Shown: positions 21,566-31,507, numbered from the stretch's first letter. The stretch is 64,000 nt of DNA from Bryobacterales bacterium (GCA_965206655.1 CBDBKC010000034.1:365613-429612), one strand, 5' to 3'. Numbers and translations: made by a program. Notes: generated by a model not told the origin, from the letters alone.

Positions 21566-22452
21566 ATGACTCGACAAAAGGCCACTGACTTTCCACCGCA
21601 GGTACTGAAGCTGTTTGACGAATACGTGCACGGCGCGATCAGCCGCCGTGACTTTCTCGATCGAGCGGCGCCGTTCGCCGGCGGCGGCGTGACGGCCGCG
21701 GCCCTGCTCGGCGGTTTAAGCCCGAACTATTCGTGGGCGCAGCAGGTTCCTGAAACCGACTCGCGCATTGAGACCAGCCGCGTCGAATACGAGTCGCCGC
21801 AAGGGCATGGCGCCGTCAAGGCCTATCTGGTCCGTCCGGCGAACGCGAGCGGCAAGCTGCCCGGCGTCGTCGTGATCCACGAGAATCGCGGCCTCAACCC
21901 CTATATCGAAGACGTAGCTCGCCGCGTCGGCGCCGCCGGATACTTAGCTCTCGCGCCCGACGGCCTGACTCCGCTCGGCGGATATCCGGGTAACGACGAC
22001 GACGGCCGTGCGATGCAGCGTAAGCTCGATGGCGGCAAACTGCTGGAAGACTTCGTGGCGGCCGTTCATCATCTGCAATCCCACGCAGGTGCACCGGCAA
22101 GGTTGGCTGCGTGGGGTTCTGCTACGGCGGTGGCGTTTCGAATGCGTTGGCGGTGCGGGTACCGAATCTGGCCGCGGCTGTCCCGTTCTACGGCAGGCAG
22201 GCCCCGGCGGGAGACGTCCCGAAGATCAACGCGCCGTTGCTGTTGCACTACGGGAGTCTGGATGAACGCGTCAATGCCGGCTGGCCCGCCTACGAATCCG
22301 CGCTCAAAGCCAACGGCAAACAGTACACCGCGCACATGTACGAAGCCGCGAACCACGGCTTCCACAACGACACAACTCCGCGATATGACGAGGCCGCGGC
22401 GAAGCTGGCTTGGGAACGGACGATTGAGTTCTTTGGGAAGCACTTGCGATAG
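21566..22452 (+). pseudogene. Dienelactone hydrolase family protein with Tat-type signal, split by a frame change near 22082..22095
   Basis: The first frame gives ISRRDFLDRAAPFAGGGVTAAALLG...GVVVIHENRGLNPYIEDVARRVGAAGYLALAPD...HHLQSH and then becomes non-homologous. The nucleophile block [14 protein letters not shown]...[13 protein letters not shown]...ANHGFHND continues in the frame of ORF 22111..22452. Confidence 0.8.
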
Positions 22453-22502
22453 CTTGGCCGGAGCCCCTTCGGGGACAAACCAGGCGGGGCGATGCCAGGC
22501 AA

Positions 22503-22949
22503 TCAGTTAGGGATGACGACTGAATACCCGTGCCTTCTCGCAAACTGGACGAGCGGCTTGTCATAACTGGCAAGCGCGGCGCCGCATTCGTGTGCGTACG
22601 CGAGAAGGTAGCAGTCACCGATCGCCTTTGGTGCGCTCCTGGCTGCAAACGGGGTCATGACCTTCCGCACCGTAGCATCCAGACCGCGCGACTCGGGATG
22701 AAACTCCACTCGCGGATCAGCTAACCAGCCGTCATAGACGGCCCATGCTTGTCGCAGCGACAACGTTTGCCGCCCCATCGCAGCTTCCGTCGTAAGAAGA
22801 CGGAGCAATCCGATGTGAGTGTAGCGACAGAAGATGAGACGAGCGTTGCCGGGCAACAGTCCCAACCACTTCCACGCCGCCGCGCCATGCGAATGATCCG
22901 CCACCGATAGAGCGATCCAGACATTCAGATCAGGTAAAAACGAGGTCAT
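22503..22949 (-). CDS. vapC: PIN-domain toxin, VapC family
   Basis: MTSFLPDLNVWIALSVADHSHG...IGDCYLLAYAHECGAALASYD. Acidic PIN residues sit at the N-terminus and in the C-terminal D..L...A pattern. The gene overlaps the upstream RHH gene. Confidence 0.8.
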   Translation of the reverse strand: MTSFLPDLNVWIALSVADHSHGAAAWKWLGLLPGNARLIFCRYTHIGLLRLLTTEAAMGRQTLSLRQAWAVYDGWLADPRVEFHPESRGLDATVRKVMTPFAARSAPKAIGDCYLLAYAHECGAALASYDKPLVQFARRHGYSVVIPN

Positions 22950-23160
22950 GTGGATTCTCGTCCTTCGGGAATCTCGGCCCCAGCTTGCCCTTGCTCTTTA
23001 CCAGCGGACCCGTGACGAACTTGCCCTCCCCACGTTCGCCGTAGGCTGTTTCAATCGCTCGCAGGATAAGTGCTCGCATGGAAGTCCCGGAAGCCTCGGC
23101 CCGATGACGCAAAACCTCGTGGAGGGGACGAGGTATGTCTACGGTTGTACGGACTGCCAT
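22930..23160 (-). CDS. vapB: Ribbon-helix-helix antitoxin (VapB-like)
   Basis: 76 aa from the ATG at 23158..23160: MAVRTTVDIPRPLHEVLRHRAEASGTSMRALILRAIETAY. It overlaps vapC by 20 nt. Confidence 0.75.
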   Translation of the reverse strand: MAVRTTVDIPRPLHEVLRHRAEASGTSMRALILRAIETAYGERGEGKFVTGPLVKSKGKLGPRFPKDENPHDLVFT

Positions 23161-23282
23161 ACAGTTATTATGGCATATACGACATAAGCCTGTCACATAC
23201 TTCTTCTGCGACACGAGCGGAGTTATCGGCGATTTGCCAACGCGCTTGAAAGCCGTCTCTTCGTGGCGCATAATCCTAGACA

Positions 23283-26200
23283 GTGCGCTACTCCGTTACC
23301 TTGTCCTTGCTTCCCATCGTCGAAAGGTGTTCGCTCAAGGCCCTCGCGAGAGGCCTTCTTCTCACATTCACGGCCGTTGTCCTCCCGGCTCAGTCCATCG
23401 ACGGCATCGAATTCTTCGAAAAGAAGATCCGCCCGCTGCTCGCCGACAACTGCTATGCCTGCCATAGCGACGAGACGATCGCTTCCGGCGGTCTGAAACT
23501 CGACACGAAAGAAGGCGTTCGCAAGGGCGGCGGACGCGGCATGGCCGTCGTGCCGGGATCGCCCGGCAGTAGCCTGATCTTGCGCGCGGTTTCGTACGAG
23601 GATCCCGATATCAAGATGCCCCCTACGGGGAAGCTCGGCAACGCGCAGATGGCGGATCTGCGCCGATGGATTGAGATCGGCGCCCCGGATCCGCGGACCG
23701 AGAATGCGGCGACTTCAATAACGAAAGCCGATCTTGCTGAAGCACGTAAGTTCTGGGCGTTCCAGCCTGTCAAGGACCCAGACTTACCAGAGACAAGAGA
23801 CCCAGACTGGTCGAAAACGTTCGTCGACCATTTCATCCTGGCGAAGATCGAGGCAAAGGGGCTTTCACCCGCCGCGCCGGCCGACAAGCGAACGTGGCTT
23901 CGCCGGGTTTCCTTCGACCTGACGGGCCTGCCGCCGACGCCGCGGGAAATCGCCAACTTTCTCGCGGACGAGTCAACCGAAGCACGCAAGACAGTCGTCG
24001 AACGATTGCTTGCGTCGCCTCACTACGGCGAAAAGTGGGCTCGGCATTGGCTCGACCTGGTTCGCTACGGCGAAACGAAGGGCCATGAGTTCGACCCCGA
24101 CATGCCCGACGCCTGGCGCTATCGCGACTACGTCATCCGCGCGTTCAACCAAGACCTGCCCTACGACCAATTCGTCAGGGAGCATATCGCCGGTGATTTG
24201 TTGGCGCGGCAGCGACTCGTGCCCGAAGGCACTCACTGGGACACGCCTCTCGCCACCGGCTTCTACGCTCTCGGCGAAGAGCGCAACGCGGCGGACGATG
24301 TAGGCCAAGTCCGCGCCGACCGCGTCGACAACCAGATCGACGTCTACGGCAAGACCTTCCTCGGACTCACTGTCGGTTGCGCCCGCTGCCACGACCATAA
24401 GTTCGACCCGATCTCCACGAAGGACTACTACGCCCTAGCGGGCGTCATCGACAGCTCGCAGGTCGTGCAGCAGAGTCTCGATTCACCGGCGCGAGTTCGC
24501 CGCATGAAGGAGATCAGCGAGGAGATGATCGAGGTGAACGGTCAGATTGCATCCATGATGCGCACGGCCCGCCTGGAGCGCGAGAACGAGATCAAGGCGT
24601 ACTTGCTGGCGGCGGCCGCTATGGTTGCGGCGGAAGATTCGCCCCGGCGTGGCGCCGACGCCCCAAAACCCGATTCCTTCGGACTCGATGCCGCGACGGT
24701 CGAGCGTTGGGTCGAAGTCCTAAGGCGCGCCGAAAAAGAGCCGGGCAACGTTTTCTACCCAGTTGCTCATCTCGCCAAGCCCCTGCCCCGCAGCGAACAA
24801 GGAACAACTTTCGCGGAACGCGTCGCCCGAATGCGAGGCGACTTGGATGAGTGGACCGCCAAGGCCGACCCCGACCACCCCGACAACAAGGAACGTGGGG
24901 ACATCGTCTTCGCGGACTTCGAGGGCGATAGCTACACCCCGTGGCGTGTATCGGGTGCGGCGTTCGGTAACGGGCCGTCGCGCTATCACGCGCCCAATCT
25001 GGCTCTCGCCGGGTATCAAGGCGGCGGCCTCGCGAACTCGTTCGCGGCGGGCTCCGATGAATGGGTCGGCACCCTGACGTCGAAGAGCTTCCTGATGAAG
25101 AAATCCTATATCCACGTGAGGCTCGCCGGGACCAAGCGCAACACCAATCGAGTTATGCACGGGCAGCTTTTTTGTGCCCTCGTAGCAAGTGGGCGTTTCC
25201 GTCCCGTGACCGCCGACGGCACGGGCGCTTTTCACTGGGCAACGACTGACGTCAGGCGTACCCCGGGACAGGTGTGGTACATCCAGATCGTCGATCGCGC
25301 CCGCGATGCCCACATCGTGATCGACAAGATCGTGTTTTCCGACTCGAAGGAACCGCCGCCGATCGCTTCCGCACCGAATCCGCGCATCGTCGAGATGCTG
25401 GCTGATGGGGAGATCCATTCACTCGAAGACCTGGCCGCCGGTTATCAGGAACTCCTCGTCGAGACCCTCACCAACCCGCCGAGCGATGCAGCGGGCAGAT
25501 GGCTTCTGAGCGCTGTAAGCGCCACAGGCAGGCTGGAGGAGCCTTCGTTGCTTGTGGGAGAAAGCAAACGTTCGGACTTCGACAAGTTGTTGAATAAACG
25601 CGACGAGTTGGGAAAGAGCATTCCGGAAACGGCGTTCGGGATGCTCAATGCCGACGACGTACCGCACAACGTCCCGATTCATATCCGCGGTAGCCACACT
25701 GAGCTGGGAGAAGAAGTGCCCCGGCGGTTCTTGACCGTTCTCTCCGACAACGCGCAACCGTTTACGAAGGGCAGTGGCCGTTTCGAACTCGCCGAGGCTA
25801 CCGCCGACCGTAACAATCCGTTGACGGCGCGCGTGATAGTCAACCGAGTCTGGAAGCATTACTTCGGAAAAGGCATCGTCGGTACGGTCGATAACTTCGG
25901 CAACACCGGACGCCGGCCGACGCACCCCAAGCTGCTTGACGCTCTCGCCTGGCGCTTTATGGAAAACGGCTGGTCGCTCAAAGGCCTGCATCGATCGATT
26001 GTTCTGAGCAGCACGTATGGGATGTCGAGTGAAGTCGACCCCCGCGCGCGGGATATCGACGGCGTCAACGCGCTGCTTCATCACATGCCCGTCCGTCGCC
26101 TGGAAGCCGAAGCCGTGCGAGACTCCATCCTCGCGGTCACAGGCACCCTGGACCGCACCGTCTATGGCCCCAGCATCCCGCCCTTCATCAGCCCCTACCA

Positions 26201-26642
26201 GGACGGACGCGGTAAGCCGCAAAGTGGCCCTCTCGACGGCGACCGGCGGCGCAGCATTTACATCAAGGTGCAGCGAAACTTCATCAACCCGATCTTCCTT
26301 GCATTCGACTACCCCACTCCCGTACTCACGCGCGGCCGGCGCACCGTCTCGACCGTCCCCTCGCAGGCTTTGATGCTGATGAACAACGAGTTCGTCGCGC
26401 GCCAGACGGAGAAGTGGGCCGACCGGGAGATTGCCGCACACCCGGAATGGGCGACGCGGATTGAGTCGATGTTTCTCGGGGCCTTCGGGCGTCCCGCTGA
26501 AGCCGACGAGGTGGCGGACTCAAGAGAGTTCCTGGAAAAGCAGTTGGTGAGTTACGGTAGCAATGACCGTGAGGACTATCGCGCCTGGGCGGACTTGGCG
26601 CACGTGCTGATCAACTCGAAGGAGTTTATTTTCGTTCGCTAG
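23283..26642 (+). CDS. PSCyt/DUF1549/DUF1553 (PSD1-type) large secreted protein
   Basis: CYACHSDE heme-like CxxCH near the N-terminus; the DUF1549-type block FVDHFILAKIEAKGLSPAAPADKRTWLRRVSFDLTGLPPTPREIANF; CARCHDHKFDPIS; and a C-terminal DUF1553-type block. The usual partner, a DUF1501 gene, follows at 27285. Confidence 0.9.
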   Translation: MRYSVTLSLLPIVERCSLKALARGLLLTFTAVVLPAQSIDGIEFFEKKIRPLLADNCYACHSDETIASGGLKLDTKEGVRKGGGRGMAVVPGSPGSSLILRAVSYEDPDIKMPPTGKLGNAQMADLRRWIEIGAPDPRTENAATSITKADLAEARKFWAFQPVKDPDLPETRDPDWSKTFVDHFILAKIEAKGLSPAAPADKRTWLRRVSFDLTGLPPTPREIANFLADESTEARKTVVERLLASPHYGEKWARHWLDLVRYGETKGHEFDPDMPDAWRYRDYVIRAFNQDLPYDQFVREHIAGDLLARQRLVPEGTHWDTPLATGFYALGEERNAADDVGQVRADRVDNQIDVYGKTFLGLTVGCARCHDHKFDPISTKDYYALAGVIDSSQVVQQSLDSPARVRRMKEISEEMIEVNGQIASMMRTARLERENEIKAYLLAAAAMVAAEDSPRRGADAPKPDSFGLDAATVERWVEVLRRAEKEPGNVFYPVAHLAKPLPRSEQGTTFAERVARMRGDLDEWTAKADPDHPDNKERGDIVFADFEGDSYTPWRVSGAAFGNGPSRYHAPNLALAGYQGGGLANSFAAGSDEWVGTLTSKSFLMKKSYIHVRLAGTKRNTNRVMHGQLFCALVASGRFRPVTADGTGAFHWATTDVRRTPGQVWYIQIVDRARDAHIVIDKIVFSDSKEPPPIASAPNPRIVEMLADGEIHSLEDLAAGYQELLVETLTNPPSDAAGRWLLSAVSATGRLEEPSLLVGESKRSDFDKLLNKRDELGKSIPETAFGMLNADDVPHNVPIHIRGSHTELGEEVPRRFLTVLSDNAQPFTKGSGRFELAEATADRNNPLTARVIVNRVWKHYFGKGIVGTVDNFGNTGRRPTHPKLLDALAWRFMENGWSLKGLHRSIVLSSTYGMSSEVDPRARDIDGVNALLHHMPVRRLEAEAVRDSILAVTGTLDRTVYGPSIPPFISPYQDGRGKPQSGPLDGDRRRSIYIKVQRNFINPIFLAFDYPTPVLTRGRRTVSTVPSQALMLMNNEFVARQTEKWADREIAAHPEWATRIESMFLGAFGRPAEADEVADSREFLEKQLVSYGSNDREDYRAWADLAHVLINSKEFIFVR

Positions 26643-26693
26643 TCCTTGGATCGCAGAGAGCAGAAAAAACACCGGGTCTATAATGAGTGCGAA

Positions 26694-27167
26694 ATGTCCA
26701 CACTGACGAGCAAATCGGGCGTCAGAACCGATGCGCTGGTATCGACCTGCCGGGCCGTGCTGCGGAGTTGGAGCGGCCGGGGCATGTCGGCGGGCTACCT
26801 ATACGGAAGTGTGCTGGGCCCGCGTTTCCGGGAGGACAGCGACATTGATGTCGCGGTCCTGGATTCCGAGTCGCAGAGGCTCGATTGGGCCGAGCAATCC
26901 CGCCTTATGGTCGAGCTTGAAAAAGCCGCGGGAAGACCGGTTGATCTGCGACTACTCCGCGATTGTTCAACCTCCCATCAGGCGTATGTCTTCGAGGAGG
27001 GTCTCGCACTCTGGCTCAGCGACAAAGCGCTCGTTATGAGTTACCGGACCGCGATTATCGAGCGTCACAAGGAAGAGCATGCGCTGAACGAGAAGTCGTG
27101 GCTGCGGGTCCTGAGAACGCTGGCTAGGAAGATGCCCGAGCAAGATGAACCAGGACTATCTGCTTGA
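26694..27167 (+). CDS. Nucleotidyltransferase-domain protein (MNT-like, pol-beta superfamily)
   Basis: GYLYGSVLGPRFREDSDIDVAVLD is the minimal NTase GS...D.D signature. The start was chosen at ATG 26694 (the track uses TTG 26646). Confidence 0.7.
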   Translation: MSTLTSKSGVRTDALVSTCRAVLRSWSGRGMSAGYLYGSVLGPRFREDSDIDVAVLDSESQRLDWAEQSRLMVELEKAAGRPVDLRLLRDCSTSHQAYVFEEGLALWLSDKALVMSYRTAIIERHKEEHALNEKSWLRVLRTLARKMPEQDEPGLSA

Positions 27168-27284
27168 GCAACTCGAGCTCATCGAAGAGATACGATGTGT
27201 TAAAGAATCGACTCGGCGACTTCGAACAGTTCGCATCGCACGTAGCTCGCTGGATCGACCGGCACGGAGAGGGGAGCGCCGCGG

Positions 27285-28730
27285 ATGTCGAAGAGACCTG
27301 ACATTGATCGTCACCACGGCAACTGTTCGACTCGCCGTGAACTCCTCTTCCGCGCCGCCAACGGTTTCGGCGGCCTTGCGCTCGCCGCCATGCTCGCCGA
27401 GGACACGGCGGCCAACGATCGTTCGGTCGATCCCATGCTTGTGCGGGCGCCTCATTTCGAGCCCAAAGCAAAGTCGGTCATCTTCCTGTTCATGGACGGC
27501 GGGCCGTCGCACGTCGATACGTTCGATCCCAAACCGCGGCTGCGCGAAGAAAACGGCAAGCCGCTGCCTCTGAAACTCCCGCGCACGGCCAACTCGTCAA
27601 ACACAAAGCTGCTCGGCTCGTTCTGGGATTTCCACGAATACGGCCAAAGCGGCGTGGAGATCAGCGACCTCTTCCCAAATCTCGCGACCTGCGCCGACGA
27701 CCTCTGCGTGATCCGCTCGACGGTCTCTGACTTCTCTGAGCACACTGCCGGAAACTACTTCATGCACAGCGGCTCGTCCCTGCAAGGACGCCCCAGTGTA
27801 GGCGCGTGGGTCACATACGGGCTCGGCAGTCCGAACAAAAACCTGCCCGGTTTCATCGTTCTCGACAGCGGCATGATTCCCCCCGGTGGCCTCGACGTGT
27901 TCGGCTCCGGTTTTCTACCGGCGAGCTACCAGGGAACGCTGTTCCGCCGAGGCGAACATCCCGTGGCCGACCTCGCTCCACGCGAAGCCCGGCCGGAATT
28001 GCAGCGCAACAAGCTGGGCCTCCTCTCGAAGTTAGACCGGCGTGTCCGCGAACGCTATGGCGCGGTCGACGAACTCGAAGCCGCCATTCACAACTACGAG
28101 CTCGCCTTCAAGATGCAGACCGAGGTCCCTGACGTCATCGACTTCTCGAACGAAACCGAGACGACGAAGAAAATGTACGGCCTCGACGAACCCGATACCG
28201 AGGAGTTTGGTCGGCAGTGCTTGATCGCGCGGCGGCTCGTTGAGCGCGGCGTCCGGTTCATCGAACTGCTCTCGCCGAAACGCCAGGGGGTCGACCGCTG
28301 GGACCAGCACGGCCGCATCAAGCACGGCCTCACGACAAACTGCAAGGCCACCGACAAACCCATGGCCGGCCTCATCAAAGATCTCAAGTCGCGTGGGCTA
28401 CTCGACGAAACGTTGCTCGTCTGGGGCGGGGAGTTCGGGCGCACGCCGACTTCACAAGGCAGTGGCGACGACCGTATTGGACGCGATCACCACCCCTGGG
28501 GATTCACCACATGGATGGCCGGCGGCGGCTCGAAAGGCGGCCATGTCCATGGCGCGACCGACGAGTACGGCTACTATGCTGTTGAGGATAAGGTCCACGT
28601 CCACGATTTGCATGCCACGATTCTGCACCTGCTCGGCATGGATCACAAGCGCCTAACCTTCCACTTCAGCGGCCGCGACATGCGGTTGACAGACGTGCAT
28701 GGCAACGTGGTGGAGGGTCTCCTCGCCTAA
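27285..28730 (+). CDS. DUF1501-family (sulfatase-like) protein with Tat signal
   Basis: STRRELLFRAANGFGGLALAAMLA (twin-arginine type), then FLFMDGGPSHVDTFDPKP and a C-terminal GGEFGRTP...GRDHHPWGF...GG, all typical of DUF1501. Confidence 0.9.
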   Translation: MSKRPDIDRHHGNCSTRRELLFRAANGFGGLALAAMLAEDTAANDRSVDPMLVRAPHFEPKAKSVIFLFMDGGPSHVDTFDPKPRLREENGKPLPLKLPRTANSSNTKLLGSFWDFHEYGQSGVEISDLFPNLATCADDLCVIRSTVSDFSEHTAGNYFMHSGSSLQGRPSVGAWVTYGLGSPNKNLPGFIVLDSGMIPPGGLDVFGSGFLPASYQGTLFRRGEHPVADLAPREARPELQRNKLGLLSKLDRRVRERYGAVDELEAAIHNYELAFKMQTEVPDVIDFSNETETTKKMYGLDEPDTEEFGRQCLIARRLVERGVRFIELLSPKRQGVDRWDQHGRIKHGLTTNCKATDKPMAGLIKDLKSRGLLDETLLVWGGEFGRTPTSQGSGDDRIGRDHHPWGFTTWMAGGGSKGGHVHGATDEYGYYAVEDKVHVHDLHATILHLLGMDHKRLTFHFSGRDMRLTDVHGNVVEGLLA

Positions 28731-28802
28731 GGGCCAAACCGTCCTCGGACCGACGAGAGCGTTGATCCCACGAGTGCCTCACTACCGGACGATAATGTGG
28801 GC

Positions 28803-29018
28803 ATGCGGCGCTTACAGATCTACATCAATGAAAGACTAGACCGCGCGCTTCGGGACGAGTCAGCGCGGACCGGCCGTTCAAAATCCGCGATCGTCCGCGA
28901 ATGTCTTGAGGCGCGCTTGTGCAACCGCAAAACGACTGGCCTCGAGCCCTTGACAGCCCTCATGGGTACGATGGACGCAGAGCCGGCGGACATTGACGAG
29001 ATTGTCTACAAGTCGTAG
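28803..29018 (+). CDS. CopG/RHH-family DNA-binding protein (orphan antitoxin-like)
   Basis: MRRLQIYINERLDRALRDESARTGRSKSAIVRECLEARL is a canonical RHH. No toxin gene follows; the next gene is the lipoprotein at 29058. Confidence 0.75.
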   Translation: MRRLQIYINERLDRALRDESARTGRSKSAIVRECLEARLCNRKTTGLEPLTALMGTMDAEPADIDEIVYKS

Positions 29019-29057
29019 CTCAAGCCTTCTCTCCCCACCTGATAGACTTGCGAACCT

Positions 29058-30245
29058 GTGAGACGACGTGACTTGCTGGCCGGCCTGTCCCTGGGCGCCG
29101 TTGCTTGCCAAACTCCTGAACGGACCGAGGTCAAAAAGCCCAAACCGCGCATCGCGGCTATCACTACCGTCTATTACGAACGCTCGCACGCTGACGTCTT
29201 CTTCGGCCGCATCTTGCACGGCTACCGCCTCAACAAGAAGACCTACTATCCACGTCTCGACGTCGCGTCGATGTACCTTGACCAGGTTCCCGAAAACGAC
29301 ATGGGACATGGCCTCGCCGAGGAATACGGCTTCCAGGTTTACCCCACCGTCGCCGAGGCGCTCCGTTGTGGCGGCGACCGTCTTGCCGTCGACGGCGTGG
29401 CACTCGTCGGCGAACACGGCGACTATCCCATCAACGACAAGGCGCAGCACCTTTACCCGCGGCACGAGCTCTTCATGCAGATCATCGACGTCATGAAAAA
29501 GGACGGTGTGACCTGCCCCATCTTTTGTGACAAACACTTCTCCTACAGTTGGGAAAAAGCGTCGGAGATGTATAGCACCGCCAAAGAGATGAAGATCCCT
29601 CTCATGGCCGGGTCGACCGTTTCGCTGGCCTGGCGTCACCCGCCGCTCGAACTCGACTACACACAGGAACTCGACCAAGCGGTCGTCGTCGGTTTCGGGC
29701 TTACTGACGCGATGGGCTTTCACACCGTCGAAGCGATGCAAGCTATCGTGGAAAAACGAAAAGGTGGCGAGACAGGCGTCGCGTCTATTCAGTCGTTTCG
29801 CGGGAACAAAGTCTGGGAACTTCGCGACCAGGGGGTCTGGTCGCAAGAACTCTTGGACGCAGCGCTAGCGCGCACTGAATCCCGCCAAGAGGATCGCCCG
29901 GAAGACCTCCTCGAAGATCCTATCCTCTTCCTCATCGACTATCGTGACGGACTTAAGGGCCGCCTGCTCATGGGTGACGGTCTGGTGCGAAGCTGGGTCG
30001 TAGCCGCGTCACAGAAAAACTCAGACGAGATCCTCTCAACCGAATGCCGCATCCAGTTTCACCTTCACGGCCACTGGGGGTTTATGGCGCGCAACTTCGA
30101 AAACCTAGTCGCGGATGGCACGCTGCCCAACCCGGTCGAGCGAACGTTGCTCACAACTGGTGTGCTGTCGTTTGCAATGGAGTCGCTGTACGAAGACGCG
30201 CGGCTTATCGAGACGCCTCAGTTGGCAATTGAGTACAAGGCGTAG
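29058..30245 (+). CDS. Conserved hypothetical lipoprotein
   Basis: GTG start. RRRDLLAGLSLGAVAC looks like a Tat/lipobox signal. The 395-aa product has protein-like composition (RIAAITTVYYERSHADVFFGRIL...LVGEHGDYP...). I could not name a family. Confidence 0.7.
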   Translation: MRRRDLLAGLSLGAVACQTPERTEVKKPKPRIAAITTVYYERSHADVFFGRILHGYRLNKKTYYPRLDVASMYLDQVPENDMGHGLAEEYGFQVYPTVAEALRCGGDRLAVDGVALVGEHGDYPINDKAQHLYPRHELFMQIIDVMKKDGVTCPIFCDKHFSYSWEKASEMYSTAKEMKIPLMAGSTVSLAWRHPPLELDYTQELDQAVVVGFGLTDAMGFHTVEAMQAIVEKRKGGETGVASIQSFRGNKVWELRDQGVWSQELLDAALARTESRQEDRPEDLLEDPILFLIDYRDGLKGRLLMGDGLVRSWVVAASQKNSDEILSTECRIQFHLHGHWGFMARNFENLVADGTLPNPVERTLLTTGVLSFAMESLYEDARLIETPQLAIEYKA

Positions 30246-30286
30246 AAGGTATTTCCCTGATCTACGACTGGACCAAGAAAATCCAC

Positions 30287-30850
30287 ATGTGGTCAGGACT
30301 GCTGACCTTCGCGGCCTTCGTCGTCTGGGGCATCACGGGAATCAACGCCGTATTCCTACCGGCGCCGGGCGATTACAAACCGCCTGAGATATCTGGCGAA
30401 TACGAGTTCGCTTTCGAGGCCCCCGGCAACCTAGACGACAAGGAACTCGCGAAACGCATCTATGAATCCGCTGACCTCAAGATGGCGGGCGGCCACTACA
30501 ACGTCCACCGTGACGACGACCAGAACCTCAAATTCTTCGTCTTCACAGCCAACGGCCGCCGGGACCTCACGTACCTCGAAGACGAGAAACGTGTCCGAAT
30601 CCTTTTGCGGGCTACCGGGCTGACGGGCTTCTTTTCGGTCATGCATGCCTCCCATTCCCGCCGCGGTGCTCCCGACCTTCCAGCGCGACTCTACGGGGTC
30701 TACAACGAGTTCGCGACGTGGGCGTTCCTGTTCATGTCGCTATCGGGGATCTATATGTGGATCGCGACACGGCCTGAGCTGCCGTGGGCGCGGATTTGCA
30801 TCGGCGCGACGACCGTCGTGACGGTAATTCTGTGGTGGGCGGTGAGATAA
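30287..30850 (+). CDS. PepSY-TM-like membrane protein (paralog 1)
   Basis: (K)IHMWSGLLTFAAFVVWGITGI TM helix, a soluble ~90-aa PepSY-like insert, then two C-terminal TM helices (WAFLFMSLSGIYMW..., ICIGATTVVTVILWW). Confidence 0.65.
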   Translation: MWSGLLTFAAFVVWGITGINAVFLPAPGDYKPPEISGEYEFAFEAPGNLDDKELAKRIYESADLKMAGGHYNVHRDDDQNLKFFVFTANGRRDLTYLEDEKRVRILLRATGLTGFFSVMHASHSRRGAPDLPARLYGVYNEFATWAFLFMSLSGIYMWIATRPELPWARICIGATTVVTVILWWAVR

Positions 30851-30854
30851 AAAT

Positions 30855-31430
30855 ATGTTCCGATGGATGCGCAATACCCATTTGATACTCGGCCTGGTGT
30901 TCGTCTTCTTCGCGTTCATCTTCGCCGTCAGCTCGCTTGTCATCATCTATCGGCCTTGGCTGCCGGATAGCCGTGTGGACCAAACACGCAACGTGCAGGT
31001 TGATGCCGCGAAAGCCGCCTCCCCACGAGACCTTGCGTTGGAACTGATGCGGAACCACGGCCTCTCCGGCGACCTACTCCAAGTCAACGAAAGTGATGAC
31101 CTGATCAAGTTTCGAATCGCGCGTCCCGGAACGCACGCCCATATCGAATACGCGCCGGGAAGCAGCGAGGTGAAGATTGAGACACGCCGTTGGGGCTGGC
31201 TCGAAACGTTCGTCCAACTACACGTGAATCACGGCTTCCACCACGAGTTTCTGCCGTCGAGCGCTTGGGCGCTGTTGTCGCTACTGGGGTCGATTGCCCT
31301 GCTGCTGCTGGGCGGGACCGGGATCTATCTGTGGTTCGCCCTTCACGAGGAGCGGGTGGTGGGAAGCGTGTTGTTGGTGTTGGGGTTGGTTTGGGGGCTG
31401 ACAAGTTTGATCTGGTCGCGAATGGTTTGA
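30855..31430 (+). CDS. PepSY-TM-like membrane protein (paralog 2)
   Basis: Same architecture as 30287..30850: MRNTHLILGLVFVFFAFIFAV, a soluble insert, then WALLSLLGSIALLLLGGTGIYLWF and VLLVLGLVWGLTSLIW. It starts 4 nt after paralog 1 ends. Confidence 0.65.
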   Translation: MFRWMRNTHLILGLVFVFFAFIFAVSSLVIIYRPWLPDSRVDQTRNVQVDAAKAASPRDLALELMRNHGLSGDLLQVNESDDLIKFRIARPGTHAHIEYAPGSSEVKIETRRWGWLETFVQLHVNHGFHHEFLPSSAWALLSLLGSIALLLLGGTGIYLWFALHEERVVGSVLLVLGLVWGLTSLIWSRMV

Positions 31431-31507
31431 CTTCCGCTTCAGATTCCGGGTGACCGTGTAGCCAGAAGTTCGACGAGCCGCGACGGGTATGCGAAACTGG
31501 GGGCAAC

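Noticed and set aside
25419-26441. 340-aa minus-strand ORF inside the DUF1553 gene. The same applies to 28878..29846, 50406..51332, 4964..5740, 53070..53711 and 24720..25418.
   Set aside because: All are antisense to genes with strong motif support and have shadow-like composition.
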